Source: Stramenopiles sp. TOSAG23-3 (Eukaryota). From it: DNA of 64,000 nucleotides. Below the pieces are notes generated by a model that was given only the letters and a program-made list of their open reading frames with translations, made no database searches and was not told the origin of the DNA. Location: positions 1 through 64,000 of the forward strand of contig LT642151.1 in assembly GCA_900128585.1 (NCBI GenBank), given 5' to 3'. Made by a program: the position numbers and the translations under genes. Positions 1-10,425 of the stretch are shown here, piece after piece (position 1 is the first letter of the stretch; every line of letters starts with the position of its first letter).

Positions 1-1
1 G

Positions 2-745
2 CGAGCGAGTCGGTGCTGCAAGAGCTGTAACGCGGACATCGCTGATCACCCGCCTTCGCACAAAATGTGCAGCCGGTGCCTTGCCAAACCGAAAACCAAC
101 GTCGTTCTTTGTTTGAAAATGAGCTCTTCAAACCTAACAGCAGAACAAAGAGAACGAATGCGCATCAACAAAGAACGAGCACTGGCAAAAGTTGCGGAGA
201 GAAGGGAAAAAATAGCAGCACAGCAAAGGCTGCAACAGCAACAACAACGTCGAACCACTCAAACACATGATCAGCCCACGTCAACCACCACAACAGCAGA
301 ACAAAGAGAACGAATGCGCATCAACAAAGAACGAGCACTGGCAAAAGTCGCGGAGAGAAGGGAAAAAATAGCAGCACAGCAAAGGCTGCAACAGCAACAA
401 CATAAAAGACCAAGGACTCAACAACACCAACCGCAACAACAACGTCGAACCACTCAAACACATGATCAGCCCACGTCAACCACCACCGCTGCCTCGCCCG
501 CGTACTGCCCCGCAGCGCCACCCCTGAGGCCTGGTTCTACCACGCAAGTCGTAGCACATGTTGTCCCTCACCCACGTGCCTCGCCCAGACCTGTCGCTGT
601 ACCCTGCCCACCAATACCCACCCTACAAGCGAATACGAAAACCACTTTGACGGCGGAGCAAATGGATCGCATGAAAAAAAGTCGGGAAAGAGCATTGGCC
701 TATTGGTCTAGTCTATACTATTGCCAAGGGTATGATATTAAATAA
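2..745 (+). CDS. Probably 5'-truncated protein with a CxxC-x13-CxxC zinc-ribbon-like motif and three RPA32C-binding-like helices
   Basis: The frame is open from base 2 (RASRCCKSCNADIADHPPSHKMCSRC) into the 65..745 ORF. It has TAEQRERMRINKERALAK twice and LTAEQMDRMKKSRERALAY once. Alternative start at ATG 119. Confidence 0.65.
   Translation, partial: RASRCCKSCNADIADHPPSHKMCSRCLAKPKTNVVLCLKMSSSNLTAEQRERMRINKERALAKVAERREKIAAQQRLQQQQQRRTTQTHDQPTSTTTTAEQRERMRINKERALAKVAERREKIAAQQRLQQQQHKRPRTQQHQPQQQRRTTQTHDQPTSTTTAASPAYCPAAPPLRPGSTTQVVAHVVPHPRASPRPVAVPCPPIPTLQANTKTTLTAEQMDRMKKSRERALAYWSSLYYCQGYDIK
136..486 (+). repeat. Intragenic tandem duplication, 156-bp period
   Basis: AACAGCAGAACAAAGAGAACGAATGCGC starts at 136 and 292. 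CAACAACGTCGAACCACTCAAACACATGATCAGCCCACGTCAACCACCAC occurs at ~242 and ~437. Confidence 0.9.
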
Positions 746-1192
746 AAACCAATAATATTATCATCAATGATGATGATGATGTCGGAAAAAAAATATTTAT
801 ATTTAAAACAACAACAGCAGCACAGCATCAAGTAAAATCAATTCACACTAATTTTTTATATTATAATAAAAAAATAATATTTAATAATAATAATATAACT
901 AATAATAATAGTATTTACTTATTATAATATTTTAATAATAATACCAGGTCGGTAGTAGATACTATTAATACTAATAATAAAATAATAGTATAGGTCATTA
1001 TAATAATATAAAATATAAGGAAGAAGAAAAAATATTTACAATTTAAATTACGTCTGGAAAGGAATCATGGGAGATCATCTTCAAGAGGAGCAAAGGTCAA
1101 CCTTCTGTACCCATGTTCTACCATAGGAATTGTGGAAGAGAAACTTGTAATCGCCATCAAAGACAGGAACCCAAAACGTTGTTAGAAAAACG

Positions 1193-1816
1193 ATGCAATG
1201 CGTTTTGGCGAAATTAAAGTGCGGGTCGGACAGAACAAATCAATTTGAGCAGGCCTTCTTGAATGGGGCTGCTACCGTGCACGCGAATGAGCCTGGGTGC
1301 TTGGCTTATCAGTTGGCAAAAGATACAAAGAGGAAAGGTGAATATTACGTTTTAGAAGTCTACCAAAGCAAGGAATCTCTAAAAACGCATATGGTAAATT
1401 TGAAGAAAAATCCAAACAAAGCCCTGGTCTCCACATTAGCTGGACGGCCCGAGTTGAAAGTAATGAGCGTTATTGGGAACCCAGGAATAAAGGTTGGGTC
1501 CCCGTCGATTGCAATAGTTGCAGAAATTCCATGCAAAGACATGGATGGCATGAAAAACGCAATATTGCCTGCATTGAACCAGGTTCACACCAAGGAGCCT
1601 GGAAATTTAATGTACTGTGCAGCTCGAGACGAGAGCAACCAAAACATATTTTTTCTTGAGTTGTACACTGGCATGGAAGCCATTAAGACGCACGGCAAAA
1701 CGGAGTACTTTAAAGCCATGGGCAAACGCCAAGCACCACACATGGGCGGAAAAATTAAACTATCTATACTGCACACTGTTGGGCCTAGTGGGGCAAAGGC
1801 CAGTGCACGGTTGTGA
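1193..1816 (+). CDS. Tandem ABM-domain (antibiotic biosynthesis/quinol monooxygenase-like) protein with C-terminal PTS1
   Basis: Two EPG-x-L-x-Y...LE-x-Y...KTH units (EPGCLAYQ..VLEVYQSKESLKTH; EPGNLMYC..FLELYTGMEAIKTH). Ends in -ARL. Confidence 0.8.
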   Translation: MQCVLAKLKCGSDRTNQFEQAFLNGAATVHANEPGCLAYQLAKDTKRKGEYYVLEVYQSKESLKTHMVNLKKNPNKALVSTLAGRPELKVMSVIGNPGIKVGSPSIAIVAEIPCKDMDGMKNAILPALNQVHTKEPGNLMYCAARDESNQNIFFLELYTGMEAIKTHGKTEYFKAMGKRQAPHMGGKIKLSILHTVGPSGAKASARL

Positions 1817-2336
1817 ACGCGGCCTGGAGTCACATTAAACAACAGGTTATAGTACACGTTAGTTTTGTAAAAATTTAAACAAAATAAACTTATCATTAAT
1901 TTAAGACACAACCTCTCGTACGAAGCAACATACTTCGTATTGTTAACATACCTCTCTCTGATATCGAATGTGAGCATAAGAGAGTATTCCTCAAAAGGCG
2001 CTTTAAAAACATACTTCTCTGAACGGGACAACTGTTAGAGTCAATCGGCGAGAAGTCCAAAATGGGCAGAAAAAGAACGAAGAGCAAAAATGTGGCACCG
2101 CAAGTTAAGATCATCGTGGTATGGCATTCAAAAACTAGTCTTGACGTATACCAGTGTCCAATTTGGCAATGCGAAAAATATGGGATTATTTTTCTGCTAT
2201 TTGTTGTTGCAGACTCTTCGTGACCCATAGATGGTGCGGATTCTCTCTATGGAATTACCGAGTCTGCTTAAGGAATGCATTCAAAACGAGCGTGGAAGAA
2301 GAATTCAGGGCCTTACTTACTTGTTCTCCGTTTGGG

Positions 2337-3059
2337 CTACATAATTTTCTGGATCCTGTACATTTCCACTATTTTATTTAAGGCACCGACGCTTCCTTCG
2401 GTGGGCGCCCTGCCCACATCTACCGCCTCAACACAAAACCCGCACTCCTTTGGAGCATAAATGCTCTCTGGCAACAACATCTGGAGGCGCATGTTCAAAA
2501 AATCGGCGTGTGTGACAACTACGTTATTCTTAGCCTCCGTGCCATCACAGTACTGCCCCAAGGTCGTATGTACGTGCTTGACCCTGTCCGCAAACGCGCC
2601 AACCGTTTCATCGACCCCAGGCTGATTTTCTTCCCTGTTCCAAACAACGCGATCAAAGCCAAAACTCTTCGCTAAATCTTTCACTTCCTGTTCAGAGCAG
2701 TAGCACCAATCTTTTTCGAGCATATTGCTTTTGGAAAGGGCGCTTTTCACTTGTGTCATAACCTCGCCAAGTGAGTTGTCAATTATCAGCGTCGTAACTC
2801 CAAGACTTTGTCCCAGAATACACGCAGTTTGGAAACACCTCCTGAAGGGCGACGAAAATATTTTGTCTATATTGTACTGTTGAAGGTTTAAAGCGGCATT
2901 TTCTACCAGCTTTACATTGACTATCGGGGGATCATAAGGCCGAGAAGCCCGGTCTTCCCACGGACGGAGCGGCGTATTAGAGGACATGTCAGCACGGACG
3001 GAGTGCCTGAGAAGGCATACATACCTCCCCCGTGTCGTCCCTTCACTTGAAGCTGCCAT
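2337..3059 (-). CDS. Histidine phosphatase superfamily (phosphoglycerate mutase-like) protein
   Basis: LLRHSVRAD (RHG-type motif), FSSPFRRCFQTA, VVVTHAD. Confidence 0.85.
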   Translation of the reverse strand: MAASSEGTTRGRYVCLLRHSVRADMSSNTPLRPWEDRASRPYDPPIVNVKLVENAALNLQQYNIDKIFSSPFRRCFQTACILGQSLGVTTLIIDNSLGEVMTQVKSALSKSNMLEKDWCYCSEQEVKDLAKSFGFDRVVWNREENQPGVDETVGAFADRVKHVHTTLGQYCDGTEAKNNVVVTHADFLNMRLQMLLPESIYAPKECGFCVEAVDVGRAPTEGSVGALNKIVEMYRIQKIM

Positions 3060-3353
3060 ATAAACGCAAACAGCAGGAACCGGCCAACAGAAGAAAAAAA
3101 TCTAATTGACTCGCCAAACTTGATAATCTCAAATTTAATAAAGTAATAATTTCACCTTGCAGCTATTCGACCACCACCAACGTATGTTATTATTATCGAG
3201 GAGGGATCTCTACTTCGTATAAATTTGAAATTATTTTTATTTTTTTCTCATCATTGTTGTTGTTGTTGTTGCAAAATAATTATAATATTATTCTAGAAGA
3301 GAGAGAGGAACGATATAATATAATAATCGTATTATTGTAGTAGTAAACATTTA

Positions 3354-6300
3354 TTATGGAGACCTGCCTGCTCCCAGCCCGTCGCCTCCGCCACCTTCCA
3401 ACATGGTTTCGTACAAATTTGTGACTTCTCTAAGACTTTGTGCAGCGACAAGTTTTTGTTTTTTAATCTTTTCTTGCAGTGCCCCCAGATTCCGCCGTGA
3501 TAGACTTGCATCTTTAGAAGCCCTCGCTTCGCTCTCGGTAAGGCGGTCGACAGCACACCGAAGATCAAAGATGGTTTTGTCTTTTTTCTCAGCCTCGGCC
3601 TTTGCAGTCGTCAGCAAGCTGTCCACCCGAGACCGGTCGGAACCGGCCGCCTTCGCTTGGGCGGACAAAGTTTCGTTTAGCACTTTGAGTTTCTTCACGG
3701 CGTCCTTTTCTTTTTTCAACTCGTTTTTGAAGGTGGACATATGCGACCTAATGGAATCCATTTCGGACTCAATTTTTTGCAGGGTGCGCTCTTTTTTGCG
3801 AAGCTCACCTCGCATTCCATCCACATTATCGGCATCCAGTTCGCTTCTAAGGTTCTCTACGATCGACTCCAATTCTTCGCGAATTTGCAGAGACGAACTC
3901 AATTGGTCTTGGGCGACGGCAAGATCTTCTTCGTTCTCTTCCAAGCGGTCGCGACAATTCGATGCATCGTTCTCTGCACGTTTTAACGTGGACTTTAAGT
4001 CCTTGATGGTATCGTCTTTGTCGGCGAGCATGGCATCTTTGACACGCACGATGGTGCTTTTTTCATCCTCCATGCACTTGATGATTTCCTCCGACTTGGA
4101 CAGGCGCCCGTGAAGCGCACGGGTTTTTGCCTGTGCTTCTTTCATATCTTCCTCAAATTTTGTAAATGATTGGATCCGTTCCATCAAAACGTGCTTTTCT
4201 GCATTCAACTTCTTAATCTGACCGACCTGCTTCTGGAAATCGCTCTGTGCACTTTCTAGTTTCTTTTGAAATTCTGCCGCCGTCTCATCGCGTCGCTCTT
4301 TCCCCTTCAACGCGGCCGTCGCAATGGCGCTGTCGCTTTCCTTTTTCAGAATCATTTTTTCTTCTTTTAGCCTACGTATGGAGGTTCTCTGGTCTTCCAA
4401 CACTTGCTTCAAATCCTTAACAAGCGATTTTGCCTGCTCATCGTTCTGCTGCAAGGCAGTTACCGAGCGTCTCAACGTGGCATTCTCTTTCATGGAACCT
4501 TCGTACGCCGACTGAACCTTTTGCAACGCTGCTTTCAACCGGCCATTTTTTCCCGCGAAGCCTTCGTAAGTCTTTGTGGCCTCCGCCTTTGCATGTACAA
4601 GGCCTTCGTTGATGGACATGATCATTTGTTTTCGGACATCCAACTCCCCCTTTAAATTCTCAATGGCGGCATTCATTCTCTCAGCATCTGTGCCCCTGTC
4701 GCGCTTGCTTTGCTCTAACGATTGCAGCAGCCCTGTGTTCTGACGCTCCAACGCCCCGATCTTTTCGCCAAGGGAGTCTTTCACTCGGCCCAACTCTGCG
4801 TTCAGACTAATTAAGCGCTCCGACAGCGCCCCCTCTTGCTTTGCCATGCTTTGTTTCAACCCGAAGGACGTCTGCAATGCAGCTTCCTGGTGTTCCTTTA
4901 GCGCCGCCTCGGCGGTGTCTGCCCGCTGCGTTTCCAGGGTCAAACGCTGCAGGATTTTCACTTTCTCCACCTCCAGCTCCGAGCGCAGCATTGCTTTTTC
5001 ACGCTTTGCTTCTGTTTGCAGGTCGACCAGCATCGACTCTCGCTCTGCTTCGCACCGCTTCAATTTAAGCTTCAGGTCCGATTCTGCCATTTCCTTGTCC
5101 ACGAACATCTCTTGCTCTTGCGACTCGCATTTCATTTTCCACGAGCGGAGGTCACTGGTTACACGAAACATCTCATCGGCGTGCAGGGCCGCGTTCGCCC
5201 GCAGCTCGGCTTCGGCTTCCCTCCGTTGGGTTTCGACTTTCACGTGCATCTCATTGACCTGCTTGCGGCAGTTTTCCTCGAAATTTGCAGCTTGAGATTT
5301 CAGCTTGGATTCCCATTCGTTTGCCTTGTCTTGCAGGCCACCTTCAGCCTTCTTCAATTTTCCGGCGAACTCGTCGCGTTCCAGTTCCAACTTTCGTATC
5401 GTCTTTTCCAGCCCAGCAATCTTTTCTCCCACGGAAGAATCAACGACCACAGTGGCAGCCGCCTGGACCGTGGCGAGGTCTACCGTATCGGCGTCGAGCT
5501 TCCCGCCCCCTTCGGGTTGTTGCTCGCTCCCCTGTTGTTTGGGGTTTGTATCTAGCTCGACTTTGTGCCCTTGGACGCTCATTCCGGCATCGCTTTTGGA
5601 TGATCGACTGTTCCCCGAGTCTTCGCGCACATCCTGCACAGGTATTTGCCGCTGAACCCCAACAGCCGACGGTCCGTCGGCGTACTTTGAACGTTTCCCA
5701 GGCACCTTTGGGTTTCTAGTTTTCTTGTCTTTCCGCCATGGATTACTTTTGGTGCCCGACGCAGGCACGACGGCAGACTCCTTGTCTTCCACATCCGGGG
5801 CGACGCGCCCTTCTTGAGCCAGTTGCTCACGTTTCGCCTTTTCTTCTTTTGCTTTCCTTCTCATGTGGCGATGGCGGGCTTTTGTCGATTGAATTATCGC
5901 CAGGCGAGTTTCCAGTCGACGCAGTCGAAGATCGTTCTGCCCGTACGACGCGTCCTCGCCAGAGGGAAGCGGCGGCCTTTGGTTCCCATTCCGTTTGGGA
6001 GATTTCCCTAGTCGTTTTCGTGCAATCATTGTCGCTCTCTCTATTGCAGGGGTGCTGATTTCCTTAACACGTAATGGTTTCCCGTCCTCATCCACGAACG
6101 TCCTGGCCGTCTCGGCGCTGGGTGTTGTCTCCACCACGTTCGACTCGGGGCCAGAGTCTTGCGGGGATGTTCTAGGGACGACGTCCCTGCCGTCTGCCTC
6201 GGGGACCGCATCGCTTTTCTCTTGCAAGCATCTCGCTTTCTCTTCCTCGGCCTTCATTCTTCTAACAAACCTCAACAAATCGGACGCTTCATCCCCGGGC

Positions 6301-6983
6301 TTTCCGTTTCCAAGGGTCCCGTTTCCAGCTGTTCGAAGAGTCTCCGCAAATGGCTGCTCGTCCAGGACGGCAAGGCGAGGAAGACACTTTTGGACGACAT
6401 GAAGGTATCCCCTTTTCTGCGCCACCGAGTTCATCCGGTGCGCCCCGCGTCCGCTTCGCTGCTTTGTAGCGAAGACCAGACGCTCCAGCGTCGGGCATCT
6501 GTTCAAGTCCAGCAACTCCTCCAGGTCCCCAACGAAGTTTTCCCGAAGGTCCAATTCTCTGAGCTTGTGCTCCGGAGAGCACTGCTTCAAGCCTTCCAGC
6601 GACCGAATCCTGTTGTAGGCAAGATTCATGTATTCTAACTGCCGCAAGCTCGACAAGCCGTCGATTTCTGCGATGCGATTACACGCCAAGTCTACCCGTT
6701 GAAGACGAGAACAGGTCCACAACTCCGACGCGTCCATTACTTCAATCAAATTGGAGGACAGGTTCAAATTGACCAGCAGGGTCAAAGCACCAATGCCTTC
6801 CATAGAAGTAAGGGAGTTGCAGTGCAGGTTCAAATCAATAACGGTGCTGCTAAAGAGCGAATAGTTCGGCAACTGAACGATAGACCCCAACCCAGCGTCT
6901 ATTTCCGAGACTATTCGTGGCCCCGATTCCACCACATCATCGGCTTCAAATTCCCTGCCCACAGTGTGATACGTTGAAGCCAT
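3354..6983 (-). CDS. LRRCC1: Leucine-rich repeat and coiled-coil centriolar protein, LRRCC1/VFL1-like
   Basis: N-terminal SDS22-type LRRs (LNLHCNSL, LNLSSNLI, VDLACNRI, MNLAYNRI, HKLRELDLREN) follow the LRRCC1 pattern, then a long coiled coil. First ATG at 6983. Confidence 0.75.
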   Translation of the reverse strand: MASTYHTVGREFEADDVVESGPRIVSEIDAGLGSIVQLPNYSLFSSTVIDLNLHCNSLTSMEGIGALTLLVNLNLSSNLIEVMDASELWTCSRLQRVDLACNRIAEIDGLSSLRQLEYMNLAYNRIRSLEGLKQCSPEHKLRELDLRENFVGDLEELLDLNRCPTLERLVFATKQRSGRGAHRMNSVAQKRGYLHVVQKCLPRLAVLDEQPFAETLRTAGNGTLGNGKPGDEASDLLRFVRRMKAEEEKARCLQEKSDAVPEADGRDVVPRTSPQDSGPESNVVETTPSAETARTFVDEDGKPLRVKEISTPAIERATMIARKRLGKSPKRNGNQRPPLPSGEDASYGQNDLRLRRLETRLAIIQSTKARHRHMRRKAKEEKAKREQLAQEGRVAPDVEDKESAVVPASGTKSNPWRKDKKTRNPKVPGKRSKYADGPSAVGVQRQIPVQDVREDSGNSRSSKSDAGMSVQGHKVELDTNPKQQGSEQQPEGGGKLDADTVDLATVQAAATVVVDSSVGEKIAGLEKTIRKLELERDEFAGKLKKAEGGLQDKANEWESKLKSQAANFEENCRKQVNEMHVKVETQRREAEAELRANAALHADEMFRVTSDLRSWKMKCESQEQEMFVDKEMAESDLKLKLKRCEAERESMLVDLQTEAKREKAMLRSELEVEKVKILQRLTLETQRADTAEAALKEHQEAALQTSFGLKQSMAKQEGALSERLISLNAELGRVKDSLGEKIGALERQNTGLLQSLEQSKRDRGTDAERMNAAIENLKGELDVRKQMIMSINEGLVHAKAEATKTYEGFAGKNGRLKAALQKVQSAYEGSMKENATLRRSVTALQQNDEQAKSLVKDLKQVLEDQRTSIRRLKEEKMILKKESDSAIATAALKGKERRDETAAEFQKKLESAQSDFQKQVGQIKKLNAEKHVLMERIQSFTKFEEDMKEAQAKTRALHGRLSKSEEIIKCMEDEKSTIVRVKDAMLADKDDTIKDLKSTLKRAENDASNCRDRLEENEEDLAVAQDQLSSSLQIREELESIVENLRSELDADNVDGMRGELRKKERTLQKIESEMDSIRSHMSTFKNELKKEKDAVKKLKVLNETLSAQAKAAGSDRSRVDSLLTTAKAEAEKKDKTIFDLRCAVDRLTESEARASKDASLSRRNLGALQEKIKKQKLVAAQSLREVTNLYETMLEGGGGDGLGAGRSP

Positions 6984-7529
6984 CTTTTGCCGCCAACAGT
7001 CAGCCCACGAGCGTAGTTGGTGTACCAAAGGTCCCTTGCCGACTCGGCTTACTTGCCTCCCCTTACGCAATCGAACGAACGCCGTGGAATAGATATATTA
7101 ATCGAACGCTTGAACCGAAACGGGACTAACTATGATTCAAAACCCCAAACCACAACGTAGATGCAAGATTTCTTCCTCAAACATCTTATCTTTTCATCGA
7201 AGTTTGAAAATGAACATCTGATATCGTTTATTATACGATCCTTTTTTGATCCTTTTCTTTTTCTTTCTTCTTCCTACTAGTTTCTAACAACTACTAATAA
7301 AAATAATAATAATTTCAATTTTTTCAAATTAATTGTTGTTGTTATATTTTAATTATTTTTATTTTATTTCTATATTATAATTTTGTTGTAGTACGAAAGA
7401 AGAAGTTACAATATTTATTAGCAGCACCATCATCATTTTATTATTAAATTAAATTTGAATTTATTATTGTACTTAATAAGTGTTATTACCAATGTATAGG
7501 ATACAAATGATATTGAATCCCTATTGTTA

Positions 7530-9110
7530 TTATCGTTTTCGTTTCCGTTTTTTCTTTTCTAACAATGCTTGTGTTACTTTTTTTTGATGGCTAACTTTAT
7601 CGTTTTTTGGAGGTGCATAGGATAGTATGTAATCACTAAGTGAGGTATGGCCTTTGCTAAGTGCACTGTGGTGCGGCGCTTCCCCCCAACTGTTTTCTGC
7701 ATGCTTGTTTGCCCCGTACTCCAATAATAGTTCGACCACTCGAAAGTGCCCATTGTACGCTGCACTGTGGAGGGGGGTCCCCTTCTTGATGTTGGCTGCA
7801 CTTGGGTTGGCGTTGAAGTGGTCTATGAGTACGCGCACGATGTCCGCGTTGCCATTTTCCGCGGCATACATGAGAAGGGATTTGTGGTTCTCATCGAAGT
7901 GTTCCAAGTGATTCCTCGCACCATAGCACGTCCCGCCTTGGCGAAGACTGTATTTGAACATTTCGGCCGAGCCGTTTTGGGCGCTGGCCAACTTCTGTAA
8001 ATTCTTAAATTGCTTCTTGATGTAGTCCTGCTCCACGTCCTTGAGCAGTTGTATCTTTAAAACTTTCCGTTTGTGAATCGGGGTATACGTCCACACCTGG
8101 TTGGAATCCAAATAGACTGGCATCCCGTACTTCATTGACACCTCTTTCACCGCACGTTTTGTGCCCTTGTGCTCGAACCCCGCCCCTACTATGGTGTACT
8201 TCATTTCCCCCGTATCCGGGTCCAGCGGGACTCCCCACAGGTCGATGATCGTGTCCAAGTCCTGCCTCACACGTTCGTACTCGCGGTCGGCGTCCACGAA
8301 AATGACGTCGGGCACTACGCCTGCGGCATGCAAAAATTTCATGGAATCGCAAGTGTCTCCTTGGATCGCCGTCACCCCAGACACGCAATCGTCCCCCTTC
8401 ATGCCTTTGTTCAACCGCTCCCGGCAGCCCCATGTGTTTTGTAAAAAGCAATCTTTCAACGAGTGACGACTCACGTTCACGAGTTCGTTTTTGTCGTACT
8501 GGTTGCGATGGTTCTGCAGCAGGTACGAGCTGCTCCAAAGGTCAACGGCAAACACTTGCGCCCTGGGGGCCAACTCGGCCAAACGCTGTGTGCTCTTTCC
8601 GTAAAAGGCCCCCAATTCAACGATGCAGCGCACGTTTGTCTTCGAAAGAAGCTGGTCAAAAATGTATTTGTGGGACTCGTAGAACCAGCCCAGTACGTAC
8701 GCCCGGTGCTGCGGCCTGGCCGCGGGGTACGGAAGGACCTTGACCGACGCCGCAAGTTCGTCCTGCACTTTATCCCCTGGTTTCGTTGCCTCTGTCGCCT
8801 GGATTGGTGCCCCAGGGATCGACGTTGGCGCTTGAGGTGGTCCCCCGCGCGCGGCCGGGGCCGACCGCGCAGACGCGGCCGGCTGCCCCTGTGCCTTCCT
8901 TTGCGCCAACTCCTTTATCGCTTGGACCGAGTCTGCCTTCTCGTTTGTGTACACGTTAAAATAACGCTTTATATTGTTCTTCGTGTCTTTCCATTCGAAG
9001 ACCCACCCATCCGGCAAACCCTTCTCACTGTAAAAACTTTTCTTCAACGCACTGTTAAAGTAGTAAGGGACACCAGTAGACCGGGAGACGGCTCTTTGCC
9101 AACCGCTCAT
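7530..9110 (-). CDS. WW-WW / class I SAM-dependent methyltransferase (Methyltransf_24-like) / ankyrin-repeat protein
   Basis: WW: GWQRAVSRSTGVPYYFN and LPDGWVFEW..RYFNVYTNE. MTase: IVELGAFYGKST, FAVDLW, DVIFVDAD. Ankyrin: SLLMYAAENG, GTPLHSAAYNGH, GEAPHHSA. Basic tail KKKRKRKR. First ATG at 9110. Confidence 0.8.
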   Translation of the reverse strand: MSGWQRAVSRSTGVPYYFNSALKKSFYSEKGLPDGWVFEWKDTKNNIKRYFNVYTNEKADSVQAIKELAQRKAQGQPAASARSAPAARGGPPQAPTSIPGAPIQATEATKPGDKVQDELAASVKVLPYPAARPQHRAYVLGWFYESHKYIFDQLLSKTNVRCIVELGAFYGKSTQRLAELAPRAQVFAVDLWSSSYLLQNHRNQYDKNELVNVSRHSLKDCFLQNTWGCRERLNKGMKGDDCVSGVTAIQGDTCDSMKFLHAAGVVPDVIFVDADREYERVRQDLDTIIDLWGVPLDPDTGEMKYTIVGAGFEHKGTKRAVKEVSMKYGMPVYLDSNQVWTYTPIHKRKVLKIQLLKDVEQDYIKKQFKNLQKLASAQNGSAEMFKYSLRQGGTCYGARNHLEHFDENHKSLLMYAAENGNADIVRVLIDHFNANPSAANIKKGTPLHSAAYNGHFRVVELLLEYGANKHAENSWGEAPHHSALSKGHTSLSDYILSYAPPKNDKVSHQKKVTQALLEKKKRKRKR

Positions 9111-9394
9111 GCCTTCAACGTGGGCTTGGGTACAGGTAGGCCCGGGAAAACACACGCAATCGATTACTGACCTCACTTCACAAAACGACGAAACACAAAC
9201 CACAAACACACGCGCGAGAACACTGTCTTCCTTTCATAGAATAACACACGCAGATATTATCTGAAGAGAAGAAAAACAGATAGATGGTAAGAAAAGAAAG
9301 TAAACATTCATTCCAAAATTTAACAAGCTGCTGCTCCATAATAATAATAATAATAAATCTAATAATAACAAAAAACAATATAATATTAATACCA

Positions 9395-9925
9395 AGAAGA
9401 AGTAAGAAGAAGAAAAAAAAAAGAAAAAATAATAATATATTATAAGAAGAAGAAGAGATTGGTATATAATAGACTAATAGACAGAGTAAAAGAAAAAAGA
9501 AGAAGAAGAGAAAAGTAAAAGAAAAAAGAAGAAGAAGAAGAAGAAGAAGAAGAAAAGAAGAAAAAGAAAAGAAGAAGAGAAAAGAAAAAGAAAAGAAGAA
9601 GAGAAAAGAAGAAGAGAAAAGAAAAGAAGAAGAAAAAAAGAAGAGAAAAGAAAAAGAAGAAGAAGAAAAGAAGAGAAAAGAAAAAGAAAAGAAGAAGAGA
9701 AAAGAAAAAGAAGAAGAAAAAAAGAAGAAGAAAAGAAAAAGAAAAAGAGAAAAGAAAAAGAAGAAGAAAAGAAGAAGAGAAAAGAAAAAGAAAAAGAAAA
9801 GAAGAAGAGAAAAGAAAAGAAGAAGAAAAGAAGAAGAGAAAAGAAAAGAAGAAGAAAAAAAGAAGAGAAAAGAAAAAGAAAAGAAGAAGAGAAAAGAAAA
9901 AGAAGAACGAAGAAGAATAGAAGAA
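9395..9925. repeat. ~530-bp polypurine (GAA/AAAAG) low-complexity tract
   Basis: Almost only A/G on the + strand from ~9490 to 9920, with recurring AAGAAGAGAAAAGAAAAAG units. Confidence 0.95.
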
Positions 9926-10425
9926 TAATGGAGTGGAGTGGAAGATTGATAGATATAATATAAGAATAGTATTATAATTATTAATAATCATTTCTAGACT
10001 CCTCGTACTCATACTAGTCTAAGAAGACCCTTTCTCCTGTTTCAGAAGACCGACCGACCGACCCTACTCCCTACTCCTCGTATTTATTTATTATATTGAT
10101 TTTAAATTACTACCAGGTATTAATACCACCCTGTACCTACCTGGAATAATACTTCTGAAGAAGAAGAAGAGAGAGAAGAAGAAGAGAAAGAAGAGGAGTA
10201 TTTATTATTATTAAATTACAATATAATAAATAATAATAATAAAATTGTTTCTTTTGTTTTGTTTCTTCTTTTTCGGTTGTTTCTTAATATTAGTGTATGT
10301 GTGTGCGCGTAATTTGCATTGATACAATTTGTCATCAATGGAGAAACGTTTGATATTGATTGCATTGAAGTTTTGAAGAAACGTTTATCCCTCCTTCCTC
10401 CCTCAAAACTGAAGAACGAAACATA

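Noticed and set aside
1896-2460. Short ORFs between the ABM and phosphatase genes
   Set aside because: No recognisable motifs; probably 3' UTR sequence.
9440-10012. 190-aa Phe/Ser/Leu ORF
   Set aside because: Translation of the TTC-rich strand of the low-complexity tract.
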